IMG/VR virus record: IMGVR_UViG_3300028800_000069
Coordinates: 18,728 to 82,727 of that record
Strand: one strand, 5' to 3'
Length of the DNA: 64,000 bases
Origin: a virus
The notes under the pieces were generated by a model that was not told the origin of the DNA, did not search any database, and worked only from the letters and a program-made list of their open reading frames with translations. The translations under genes were made by a program, and so were the position numbers. Positions 28,026 through 36,063 of this stretch are shown here, in pieces (position 1 is the first letter of the stretch; the number at the start of each line of letters is the position of its first letter).

Positions 28026-28247
28026 ATGAAAGCACTTGAGGCGAACAGAGAAGCAATCCGAAAGCGGTGTCTCGCTGTGGCTACTAAGTTCCCTGGCCTG
28101 TCCACGGCTGGTTTCTTCGCGGAGGTGTGGTGGGCGTTCTACCCGAGAGTGGATGAGGTAGACATCAAAGCCGAAGCCCTGCGAATGGTGCGTTACGGGG
28201 AACTGGTGTATACGGTCGATTACACGGTTGAACTACCGAAACAGTGA
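28026..28247 (+). CDS. Small hypothetical protein (wHTH-like), repeat-flanked
   Basis: RBS right after repeat; stop TGA is first 3 nt of next repeat. Confidence 0.7.
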   Translation: MKALEANREAIRKRCLAVATKFPGLSTAGFFAEVWWAFYPRVDEVDIKAEALRMVRYGELVYTVDYTVELPKQ

Positions 28248-28377
28248 CACGCGGTTCACGGCACCATACGGCGAGATTGGCCGTAGCGATACAGAACAAA
28301 CGTTGACACGCGGTTAACGAGACCACCAGTCAAGGAGAATTGTCGGGTACGAGATCAACACTGGTCAAAGGAGGTAT

Positions 28378-28584
28378 ATGCGAGAACTTATATGGCAGTT
28401 GCGTCTGTGGTGGAACGACATTTGCCCTAAGCATGGCCCGTTCTTCTCTTACTACTGCTCCCGATGCGACGCAGAAGAACATACGCAAAAGAAATTCGAA
28501 CGTGTGCAAAGACGAAAACGCAGAACCGAGATGTTCGACAGCTACAACACCAGTCAAAAGGAGAATCTGGGGAGAAGACAATGA
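28378..28584 (+). CDS. Small Zn-finger protein, repeat-flanked
   Basis: AAGGAGG RBS after half-site; CPKHG...CSRC. Confidence 0.65.
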   Translation: MRELIWQLRLWWNDICPKHGPFFSYYCSRCDAEEHTQKKFERVQRRKRRTEMFDSYNTSQKENLGRRQ

Positions 28585-28790
28585 GCAGCACGCCAACACT
28601 AGATAAATTTAACCTTCACCCCCTTGGTGGGCGTTGCACTTGCATCACCCACCCCTACAGTAAGTGCAGCACATGTGAGGCGATTAAAAATCTGCAAGCA
28701 AGGTGGGCGCGGCTATCGCCTGAAAATAGACAAAGGGCAATGGCCGAGCATGACGCAATGTACGCAACATCGAATCAGGACGGACGCTGA
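28581..28790 (+). CDS. Small Cys-rich protein, repeat-flanked
   Basis: ATGA overlap; CTC...CSTC; stop lies in repeat. Confidence 0.65.
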   Translation: MSSTPTLDKFNLHPLGGRCTCITHPYSKCSTCEAIKNLQARWARLSPENRQRAMAEHDAMYATSNQDGR

Positions 28791-28830
28791 CCAGCGGTTC
28801 ACGACACCACTGGTCAAAGGAGAAATTTTA

Positions 28831-29001
28831 ATGTGTGATTGCGACGTGTACATTGACATTCTGAAGGATTGTCGAGATGCACTCAAGCTACTGCGAGAAT
28901 GCTTCGGCGACGATGGTAACCTCTCGGAACAATATCAGGACCAACTGTCCTTCGCTCTTGAAAAAGCAGACGCAGCTATCGCAACGGAAGACAAAGCCTG
29001 A
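28831..29001 (+). CDS. Small helical protein, repeat-flanked
   Basis: AAGGAG RBS after repeat; stop lies in next repeat. Confidence 0.65.
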   Translation: MCDCDVYIDILKDCRDALKLLRECFGDDGNLSEQYQDQLSFALEKADAAIATEDKA

Positions 29002-29140
29002 CTAGCGGTCTGCTCAACCACCAGATAAGAGGGGCATAAATGAAACAACGCTACAAACAAGTGAAGATGCTGCACGTGAGCCTAGGGAGCCATGTGCGGC
29101 ACCTAATGGACATTTGGTTTGTCCTTACAGGGAGAGTGTG

Positions 29141-29875
29141 ATGCATGAGCAGAGCATAGTGGGCGAGGCGATTGCTGGGCGTTCTGCACAGGTGCGTAAG
29201 CAGCTTCTACGCATGGCGTTCAGCATGAACATCTCGACTTTCGATATGATCGAACTTTTAGCAGAAGCACAGGAAAACAACTACGCTTCCCAATGGGGAT
29301 TCTCCAGTCTGCTAGACTACGGTGCCGAGGAGCTAGGGCTGAAGAAACGTAAGACTCAGTACCTGACACGTATTGGAAAAGTAACGAAGGCCGTAGGGCT
29401 GACGCGTAGTCAGTACGAACCATCTGGTGTATCGAAACTACGAGAGATATGCGACTCCTTGGACCCAGAGTCAACGTACTGGAATCCTGACACGCACGCC
29501 AATGAGGACATGGCCGAGCACATCGTCCGGCTCATACTAGACTCAGACAAGATGACCGTGGAGCAAATCAAAGAAGAGGTTCTGCGATTGCAAGGCAGAC
29601 TCGGAGCAGACCGCCCAGTCCATCGCACCACAACGTACCCACGCTCTGTGTGGGAGAACGTCATTAAGCCTGCACGAGAACTTGCACGGCATCTGCTAGG
29701 CAGTTCCGGCAGGGATGCAGATGGTAATGCAAAAGAGTATAGTGACGGAGCGTGCGATGAGGTTATATGTGCCGCATTCCTAGCAGATTTGAACAACGCG
29801 GAAGACCCCGGAGATGTAGCTGCTTCACAAGAGACACCACAAGCACCACCAATTCTACCAATGGAGAGTATATGA
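29141..29875 (+). CDS. Hypothetical protein, possible HTH DNA-binding protein
   Basis: GFSSLLDYGAEELGLKKRKTQYLTRI helix-turn-helix-like segment; TGATG coupling to a 33-aa ORF at 29040-29141. Confidence 0.7.
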   Translation: MHEQSIVGEAIAGRSAQVRKQLLRMAFSMNISTFDMIELLAEAQENNYASQWGFSSLLDYGAEELGLKKRKTQYLTRIGKVTKAVGLTRSQYEPSGVSKLREICDSLDPESTYWNPDTHANEDMAEHIVRLILDSDKMTVEQIKEEVLRLQGRLGADRPVHRTTTYPRSVWENVIKPARELARHLLGSSGRDADGNAKEYSDGACDEVICAAFLADLNNAEDPGDVAASQETPQAPPILPMESI

Positions 29876-30375
29876 CACTAAAGCAGCACGACAAGCACTT
29901 GCTAAGAGGACAGTATCTGGAAGAGATGACTTCAAACGGTAGTATTCTTGATGCTGCTGGACCAACTCCCGATGGTCTGGGTACTTGGGAAGGTGGTCCT
30001 GTTGCATTAAAGGGAAGCCCTCGCTGGGTTGCTGAGAAGTCGCACAGCAGCCGCACAGGTAATGCCAAGAACACGCCGGGGATCGACTATGCCACGAAGA
30101 TCACGCACCGTCAGGACGCGGACTTCAGTGAAGTTCGTGTCATAGAGAACGGTGATGTGATGCTGTACAATGTCAAGACAGATGCGTGGGACATCAAAGG
30201 TGACACTGTGGACATTCCACACTACATCGATGAGAACGACAAAGAATGGGCATTCAACTTCGAGACAGCAGAGTGGGACGTTCCAGTTGAAGAACTCAAC
30301 CAAAACGAAGAGGTAGGTGTTGTGGAAGTTGAACGCCTAGACTCAGGTGACGACATTGCTTCAGCGATTGCCTGA
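29872..30375 (+). CDS. Acidic hypothetical protein
   Basis: GGAG RBS, ATGA overlap. Confidence 0.65.
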   Translation: MTLKQHDKHLLRGQYLEEMTSNGSILDAAGPTPDGLGTWEGGPVALKGSPRWVAEKSHSSRTGNAKNTPGIDYATKITHRQDADFSEVRVIENGDVMLYNVKTDAWDIKGDTVDIPHYIDENDKEWAFNFETAEWDVPVEELNQNEEVGVVEVERLDSGDDIASAIA

Positions 30376-30387
30376 TAAGGAGAACGC

Positions 30388-30915
30388 ATGAAAAGAGGCT
30401 TTGATTTACTAGGAAAACGTTTTGGTCGTTTAGTGATCACTGCCGAACTAAGTCACCCTGTGGGTGTAATGTGCCACAGGGTGTGGGTTGCAGTGTGTGA
30501 TTGCGGAGAGTACACCAAAGTGTTGTCTGGAAACTTACGTGGGGGTCACATAAAAAGCTGTGGGTGCCTTGGTGCAGAGCTAAGAAAGAAACGACCATAC
30601 GAAGCGATATACAACAGACTAGTTAGAGCATCTGTGCGTACGCAAGGTAAACCTCTTCTGTATGAAGATTTCCTACCATTCACAAAGGTTGTAGAGTGTC
30701 ATTACTGTGGTGCAGAAGTAATGTGGACAAAACACTTCAAAACATGCAGAGGTTCGTCTAGGTACAACCTTGACCGCAAAGACAACGCAAAAGGGTATAC
30801 CAAAGAAAACTTGATAGTATGTTGCAGGTTGTGTAACTTTACCAAAGGAGACCGCTTTACCTACATGCAGTTTGTTGAGATAGGAAAAGTGATAAGGTCT
30901 TTCCGTGAGTCTTAG
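30388..30915 (+). CDS. HNH-type homing endonuclease
   Basis: GKRFGRLV...CDCG...SCGC; CHYCG...LDRKDNAKGYTKENLIVCCRLCNFTK. Confidence 0.88.
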   Translation: MKRGFDLLGKRFGRLVITAELSHPVGVMCHRVWVAVCDCGEYTKVLSGNLRGGHIKSCGCLGAELRKKRPYEAIYNRLVRASVRTQGKPLLYEDFLPFTKVVECHYCGAEVMWTKHFKTCRGSSRYNLDRKDNAKGYTKENLIVCCRLCNFTKGDRFTYMQFVEIGKVIRSFRES

Positions 30916-31192
30916 ACTACCTATAGAAGAGTACACAGCACTTTGTAAAGCTGTTTTGCAACGAGATGGGCATAGATGCCGTAGCTGTGGAATGCGCTCA
31001 GGGCTTCACTGCCATCATGTTGTTTTCAGAAGCCAAGGAGGAGAAGACACTATGGAAAACCTTTGCACTTTGTGCTCAAGTTGTCACTCTGGTGTCCACA
31101 CAGCAGTAAAGAACGGGGAGTATGGCTTGGTGATTACCATGGACATAAACGGGTTTACGTTCAGGCGTGCAGCTTGGTGGAGACCCCAATGA
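30905..31192 (+). CDS. Small HNH endonuclease
   Basis: RDGHRCRSCG...HCHHV.FRSQGG...NLCTLCSSCH. Confidence 0.9.
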   Translation: MSLRLPIEEYTALCKAVLQRDGHRCRSCGMRSGLHCHHVVFRSQGGEDTMENLCTLCSSCHSGVHTAVKNGEYGLVITMDINGFTFRRAAWWRPQ

Positions 31193-31204
31193 GCTACGAG
31201 GAGA

Positions 31205-31804
31205 ATGTCAATGCGAAGGAACTATTTCCTATTCGTGCTCTTGCTTTTGCTCTGCTGCAATGCCGAAGCGAAAAGGAAGCATTACAAGTCATTAAGTATT
31301 TTGCAACCAAGCCATCAATCCCTGCTCCTTCAGAACGAGACGATCAACAAGATGGGGCTGGAGCGCATTGGAGATGAGCGTAGACTTTCATATTTGGTAG
31401 AGACGGAAAGACTCGTAGCCCTCCCCATAACCGATGCGGTGAAAATCGCGCCAAGTCTTCCGTCTAACAGACGCTATGCGCTTCCCTTGGTCACCTCCTT
31501 CCTTGGGAAGCTAGCGTCTGAGTACTACGCAGAGTTCCACCAGCCCTTAATGGTGGACTCCGCTGTGCGACCGATGACAGTTCAGAAGAAGCTACGCAGA
31601 CGCAATGCGAGTGCCGCGCCTGTGCAAGGAGAGACAGCCAGCAGTCATATGGCAGGGTGTACAATAGACCTGTCCAGACGAATGACCAAACGTCAGACGC
31701 GGTGGATTGAATGGAGACTCGCGTACTACGTACTGCAGCAGTCAGTGCTGGTTGAGGAAGAAAGACATTGCTTTCACATCATGGTGACCAAGGAGATTGA
31801 ATAA
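31205..31804 (+). CDS. Signal-peptide-bearing M15-like (DUF5715-type) peptidase
   Basis: DSAVR...Q..LRRRN..AA...SSH..G.TID...EE..CFHI Zn-peptidase pattern. Confidence 0.75.
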   Translation: MSMRRNYFLFVLLLLLCCNAEAKRKHYKSLSILQPSHQSLLLQNETINKMGLERIGDERRLSYLVETERLVALPITDAVKIAPSLPSNRRYALPLVTSFLGKLASEYYAEFHQPLMVDSAVRPMTVQKKLRRRNASAAPVQGETASSHMAGCTIDLSRRMTKRQTRWIEWRLAYYVLQQSVLVEEERHCFHIMVTKEIE

Positions 31805-32457
31805 TGGAATTGCCCGGATTAGCAAAGGCATTGTATGGCATGACCAGAGCAGAGGCCATTACCGAAGGAATCTGCATCGACTGCAAGAAGACTGCGACGT
31901 GGTATAGCCCAGCAGGTGCCAAGGAGTACCGCATCTCTGGACTATGCGAACCATGCTTTGACAAAATCACAGGAGGACCGGACGAAGTGGACAGGAGAGG
32001 TAGTGACACTACAGGAACCATACGAGGAGACCACGCTCTGTTTGCAGAAGCGTACCTTAGACAAACAGGCATGGATGACCAGTGGCAGGTAGTCGTAGCA
32101 GACGATAAGACGCTGATGCTGGACTATGACAACAGGCCCTACGATGGTACTCTACCAGAGCAGTTCTACAGCACACTGGGAATCTTTGACCAAGTAGTAG
32201 GCAGTGATAATTACTTTACACACACTGCTTCCAAAGGCGGCAACACACACGTTGTGATTAATATGAGCGTTGCTCTGACAATCGCTGAGCGTATCGCGTG
32301 GCAAGCTGCATTTGGTTCAGACCCCAAGCGAGAAGCTTTGCACTTGCTAAGCGTATCACGTGACGAACTGAACCCTATCCTGCTATACATGCGCAAGCCT
32401 GAGCCACAGAAACTGCTAGGAGACGGCAATGCCGATAGACAACCTGACCAAAGTTAA
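31804..32457 (+). CDS. Hypothetical protein with N-terminal Zn finger
   Basis: CIDC...KEYRISGLCEPCFD; C-terminal LDYD...SKGGNTH. Confidence 0.7.
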   Translation: MELPGLAKALYGMTRAEAITEGICIDCKKTATWYSPAGAKEYRISGLCEPCFDKITGGPDEVDRRGSDTTGTIRGDHALFAEAYLRQTGMDDQWQVVVADDKTLMLDYDNRPYDGTLPEQFYSTLGIFDQVVGSDNYFTHTASKGGNTHVVINMSVALTIAERIAWQAAFGSDPKREALHLLSVSRDELNPILLYMRKPEPQKLLGDGNADRQPDQS

Positions 32458-32851
32458 CGCCTACGGACAGCCTATCAATGTGTCTATAGTCGTACGCGCT
32501 CTGATAGGAGCCATGAGGGACCACGAGGTTCCTGCGTACGCACGCATGCACGAGGCTCAGCGAGTGTCGTGGCACATGTGCGCAGTTATGTGCAACACAG
32601 TAGAGTTCAATCCTGATGAACTGCCAAACTACCCGTTCATCAAAGAGACCGTAGGTGGAGTGCCGCTGGTAGTAGACAACAAACTATGGCCGAGCACCAT
32701 CGTGTTCCACAATGCAGAGGGCAAAGCAGTGGCTCGTATTCAGGGCTTAGCAGTGCCTGTAGGTTTTGATGACTACCCAGCAATATGGAACAGCAAAGAC
32801 CAAGCAGAGTACGAGAAACGCATCATAGACGAGGGATGGAAATTCGAGTAA
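32429..32851 (+). CDS. Hypothetical protein
   Basis: AGGAG RBS. Confidence 0.65.
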   Translation: MPIDNLTKVNAYGQPINVSIVVRALIGAMRDHEVPAYARMHEAQRVSWHMCAVMCNTVEFNPDELPNYPFIKETVGGVPLVVDNKLWPSTIVFHNAEGKAVARIQGLAVPVGFDDYPAIWNSKDQAEYEKRIIDEGWKFE

Positions 32852-32865
32852 CCCAAAGGAGACCT

Positions 32866-33297
32866 ATGATTTCTAACACGAAGTCCACAAGCATTGAATC
32901 TTACGCCATAACCAAGACTACCAATCTAGATAAAGACCTGCTGCTAATAGAAACAGCAGCAGAGAAGGTACCTACGTTCACTGTGGACGAGCTAAGGCAG
33001 GACATACTGGACGCTAACCCGTCTCTAAAAGGTAAAGATGAGATCGGAGCACGTGTTAAAGATGCACAGCGCATCCACGGTTCTGTACAGAAGACAGGGA
33101 TCAAACGAGAGAGTAAATGCAGCGGAAGAAAAGCATTTGAGTGGTCCTTTGTGCTGCCAATAGGGCGCACAGATGCACGCCGCGCGTATTGGGAAGAACG
33201 TGCGGCAGGGTTGGAAGCTGATTATCAACAGGCGCGGAGAAAGTTGTACCGCGACGCAGCTAAAGCTGGATTCCCAATAGTAACGTTAGAAACCTAA
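32866..33297 (+). CDS. Hypothetical protein (wHTH-like)
   Basis: AAGGAG RBS. Confidence 0.6.
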   Translation: MISNTKSTSIESYAITKTTNLDKDLLLIETAAEKVPTFTVDELRQDILDANPSLKGKDEIGARVKDAQRIHGSVQKTGIKRESKCSGRKAFEWSFVLPIGRTDARRAYWEERAAGLEADYQQARRKLYRDAAKAGFPIVTLET

Positions 33298-33307
33298 GGA
33301 GAACACT

Positions 33308-35155
33308 GTGCTAGAGCTACGACCAAGACAAATCGAATGCCTTGACTCTATTCGCAACGAGTACTTGGCTGGAACCTACCAGCAACTCGTCGTAGCCGCT
33401 ACAGGTATCGGTAAGGCGGTGATCCTTGCGAACATCAGACGCTACATGCTGGACCTTCTCCCCGGCAAGATGCTGGTGTTCGCACACCGCGACGAACTGG
33501 TAAAGCAACTGATTGAAACACTGCGTGAGTGGAACCCCGATTGGAAGATCGGCAAGGAGATGGCAAATGAATACGCTGATGTTGATTGTGACATCGTGGT
33601 TAGTTGCAATGCTAGTATTGGTCGTGACGGGGCTGCTCGTCTCGGTAGGTTTGGTGGTTTTGATTGCGTCGTTTGTGATGAAGCGCATCACTCTATTGCG
33701 TCAACGTATCTTAACGTATTCGAGCAAACGGGGGTATTAAAACCTGACTCTACGCGCCTGCTGGTCGGATTCACAGCAACGCCCAAGCGCAAGAACCTGA
33801 CGCGCAACCAGAAGAAGCAGTTGACCGTTCTGGACGACGAAGAGCTTCTGTCTCTGAAGTCGGTGTACAAGAAGATAGTATTCAACTACCCAATCCGCAA
33901 GGCAATCAAAGAGGGCTGGCTAGTTCCTCTACATGGTTTTCGGTTGAAGACTAAAGTAGACCTGAGCAACATCAAGACCACTGCTGGGGATTACCAGCAG
34001 GATGAGCTAGAGACCACGGTTAACACTCCTGAGCGCAACTACGCGGTAGTCAATGCGTGGCGCAAGGACTGCGAGAATCGCCAAACGGTGGTGTTCTGCG
34101 TGCAGATTCAGCACGCTAAGGACATGGCCGAGGCGTTCCGCGCCATGGGAGTAAATGCGCAGGCGATATGGGGAGTTGACCCGGAGCGTGCAACGAAGTT
34201 AGCCAAGCATAAAGCAAAAGAGATTACTGTGCTATGCAATGCACAACTGTTGACGGAGGGTTATGATGACTGGCGAGTCTCATGCATTGTCGATGCAGCA
34301 CCAACTAAAAGCCCTAGCAAATACACTCAGTGCATCGGTCGAGGTACACGCCTTCAGGCAAGCACAGGAAACCTTCTTGAAGCAATTCAACGAGGGCTTA
34401 GGTTGGAAAAGCAAGATTGCATTATCGTGGATGTTGTCGATAACAACCGCCGCTGCTCCCTCGTCACCTTGCCTAGTCTTCTCGGACTCAACCCTGAGAT
34501 GGACCTGCAGGGTAAGTCTGTCACAGCGGTTGCTGATAAGATGGAAGAGTTGCAAGAGAAGTATCCAACGATTGATCTTTCGCAACTGACGGACATCACC
34601 AAGGTAGATGCCTACATCGAGAGCCTTGATTTGTTCGCTGCACCGTACACGGAAGAAGTAGAGAAGTTCTCTAAGCTTACGTGGATGGGATGTAGCGATG
34701 GGTCATACGTACTTCAGATTCCTGAAAGCAAAACTCTGAAGGATGCCAAAGCGTTCTCTAGATTCAAACACGAGAGGCTTAACATTACTGCAAACGATCT
34801 GGATGAGTACGTATTGTCCATTTCCTCCACCAGCGTTGAGGACAAGCAGCTAGGCATATACAACACACTTCAAGAGGCGTTTACATCAGCCGATGAAGTC
34901 ATGCAAAGGTGCCGTCCAGACCGTATGAAACTGGTGACGCGAGAGGCAGAGTGGCATACATACCCTGCCACGGACCCTGCAAAGAAATTGCTAAGGTCAC
35001 TAAGCAAGAATACACCTGTGTTATACTGTCTGTGTCCTAACCCAACTCATAAGACGCTCCCAGCGATGTGTCCTGTATGCAGACTTCAGACAGGCATAAC
35101 CGCTGGCCAAGCAAGCGTAGCGATCAACCTTCTTCAAGCGAGGAGAAAACGATGA
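33308..35155 (+). CDS. Superfamily 2 DEAH helicase
   Basis: LRPRQ, ATGIGKA, DEAHH, TATP, LTEGYD, QCIGRGTR. Confidence 0.95.
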   Translation: MLELRPRQIECLDSIRNEYLAGTYQQLVVAATGIGKAVILANIRRYMLDLLPGKMLVFAHRDELVKQLIETLREWNPDWKIGKEMANEYADVDCDIVVSCNASIGRDGAARLGRFGGFDCVVCDEAHHSIASTYLNVFEQTGVLKPDSTRLLVGFTATPKRKNLTRNQKKQLTVLDDEELLSLKSVYKKIVFNYPIRKAIKEGWLVPLHGFRLKTKVDLSNIKTTAGDYQQDELETTVNTPERNYAVVNAWRKDCENRQTVVFCVQIQHAKDMAEAFRAMGVNAQAIWGVDPERATKLAKHKAKEITVLCNAQLLTEGYDDWRVSCIVDAAPTKSPSKYTQCIGRGTRLQASTGNLLEAIQRGLRLEKQDCIIVDVVDNNRRCSLVTLPSLLGLNPEMDLQGKSVTAVADKMEELQEKYPTIDLSQLTDITKVDAYIESLDLFAAPYTEEVEKFSKLTWMGCSDGSYVLQIPESKTLKDAKAFSRFKHERLNITANDLDEYVLSISSTSVEDKQLGIYNTLQEAFTSADEVMQRCRPDRMKLVTREAEWHTYPATDPAKKLLRSLSKNTPVLYCLCPNPTHKTLPAMCPVCRLQTGITAGQASVAINLLQARRKR

Positions 35156-35547
35156 AACCGTTTAGCAAGATGGAAGCAATTGGATTGAAGAAGCCCGTGG
35201 TAACACGCGGCGGTAAGCCTGTGGCTATCATTGGAGAAGCGCAAGCAGACATAGACCAGCCTATCATCGGCCTTATACAGGACAGCGATGAAGTAGATAC
35301 ATGGTCCTCTGATGGTAAGTACTTCACCCACCATAATGCCGGAGATTCTGTGAATGACCTGCGCATGGCTTCTGAAAAGAAAGAAGGCTGGGTGGCATTT
35401 GGAGCAGTGGCTAAGTACAGTGGCAGACATGGCCTTGTAGGATTCAGTACTCATTTATTTAACACAAAACTAGAAGCTGAGTCTTCCTTCACCTCCGCAA
35501 ATGGCATAGCACCTGCAGGTACGCAGAAGATCAGTTGGGAGGAGTAA
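35152..35547 (+). CDS. Hypothetical phage protein
   Basis: GAGGAG RBS; PVVTRGGKPV...W..DG...DL pattern. Confidence 0.7.
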   Translation: MKPFSKMEAIGLKKPVVTRGGKPVAIIGEAQADIDQPIIGLIQDSDEVDTWSSDGKYFTHHNAGDSVNDLRMASEKKEGWVAFGAVAKYSGRHGLVGFSTHLFNTKLEAESSFTSANGIAPAGTQKISWEE

Positions 35548-35852
35548 TGGCAATTCCACAGATTAACGAAGCGCAACTGACTAGGCTGAAAGCATACGCC
35601 AGCGGCCTAGGAGCATTCTCTCAGGTTGTCCCGGTCGAAGAGAAGGATGGCAAGGAGAACTATGAAACGTACATGGAGACCGTCAGGGACACTGATCAAT
35701 TAGTGATCCTAGGACTGGTCAAGGACATCACCGAGCAGTGCAGCGTGAAGGTCGGACAACTCTTCACTATGACAGGGCGGTGGTTCAGAATCTACGAAAT
35801 CACCGAGGTAGGCAAAGCGTTGTTCCAAGGACCAGACAGAACGGTACAATAA
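35547..35852 (+). CDS. Hypothetical protein
   Basis: GGAGGAG RBS, TAATG coupling. Confidence 0.65.
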   Translation: MAIPQINEAQLTRLKAYASGLGAFSQVVPVEEKDGKENYETYMETVRDTDQLVILGLVKDITEQCSVKVGQLFTMTGRWFRIYEITEVGKALFQGPDRTVQ

Positions 35853-35865
35853 AAGGAGAGCACCA

Positions 35866-36063
35866 ATGGCTCTAGAAAGAGTAAATTGCCCTACGTGCCA
35901 AGGTTCAGGCAACAAGAGAAAAAGACCAGCACAGCCACGACGCAAAGTGAAATGTAACTATGGCCACATACACATTGCGCCTGCTCGCAAAGCCTATGTT
36001 TCAGTATGCAGAACGTGCGGCGGTGATGGCTGGGTACTGGAGCACAACTTTGGGAGACAATAA
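35866..36063 (+). CDS. DnaJ-type CxxCxGxG Zn-finger protein
   Basis: CPTCQGSG...CRTCGGDG. Confidence 0.75.
   Translation: MALERVNCPTCQGSGNKRKRPAQPRRKVKCNYGHIHIAPARKAYVSVCRTCGGDGWVLEHNFGRQ

Larger units (their letters stand above)
27983..29027 (+). repeat. Array of 29-bp sites TGACNNGCGGT-N7-ACCACNNGTCA separating small genes
   Basis: Full copies at 27983, 28245, 28304, 28788, 28999; right half-sites at 28357, 28546. Confidence 0.85.

Noticed and set aside
27983-29027. 29-bp repeats as a CRISPR array
   Set aside because: Spacing is irregular (59 to ~480 bp), intervals hold RBS-led ORFs, repeats are degenerate, and no cas genes were seen.
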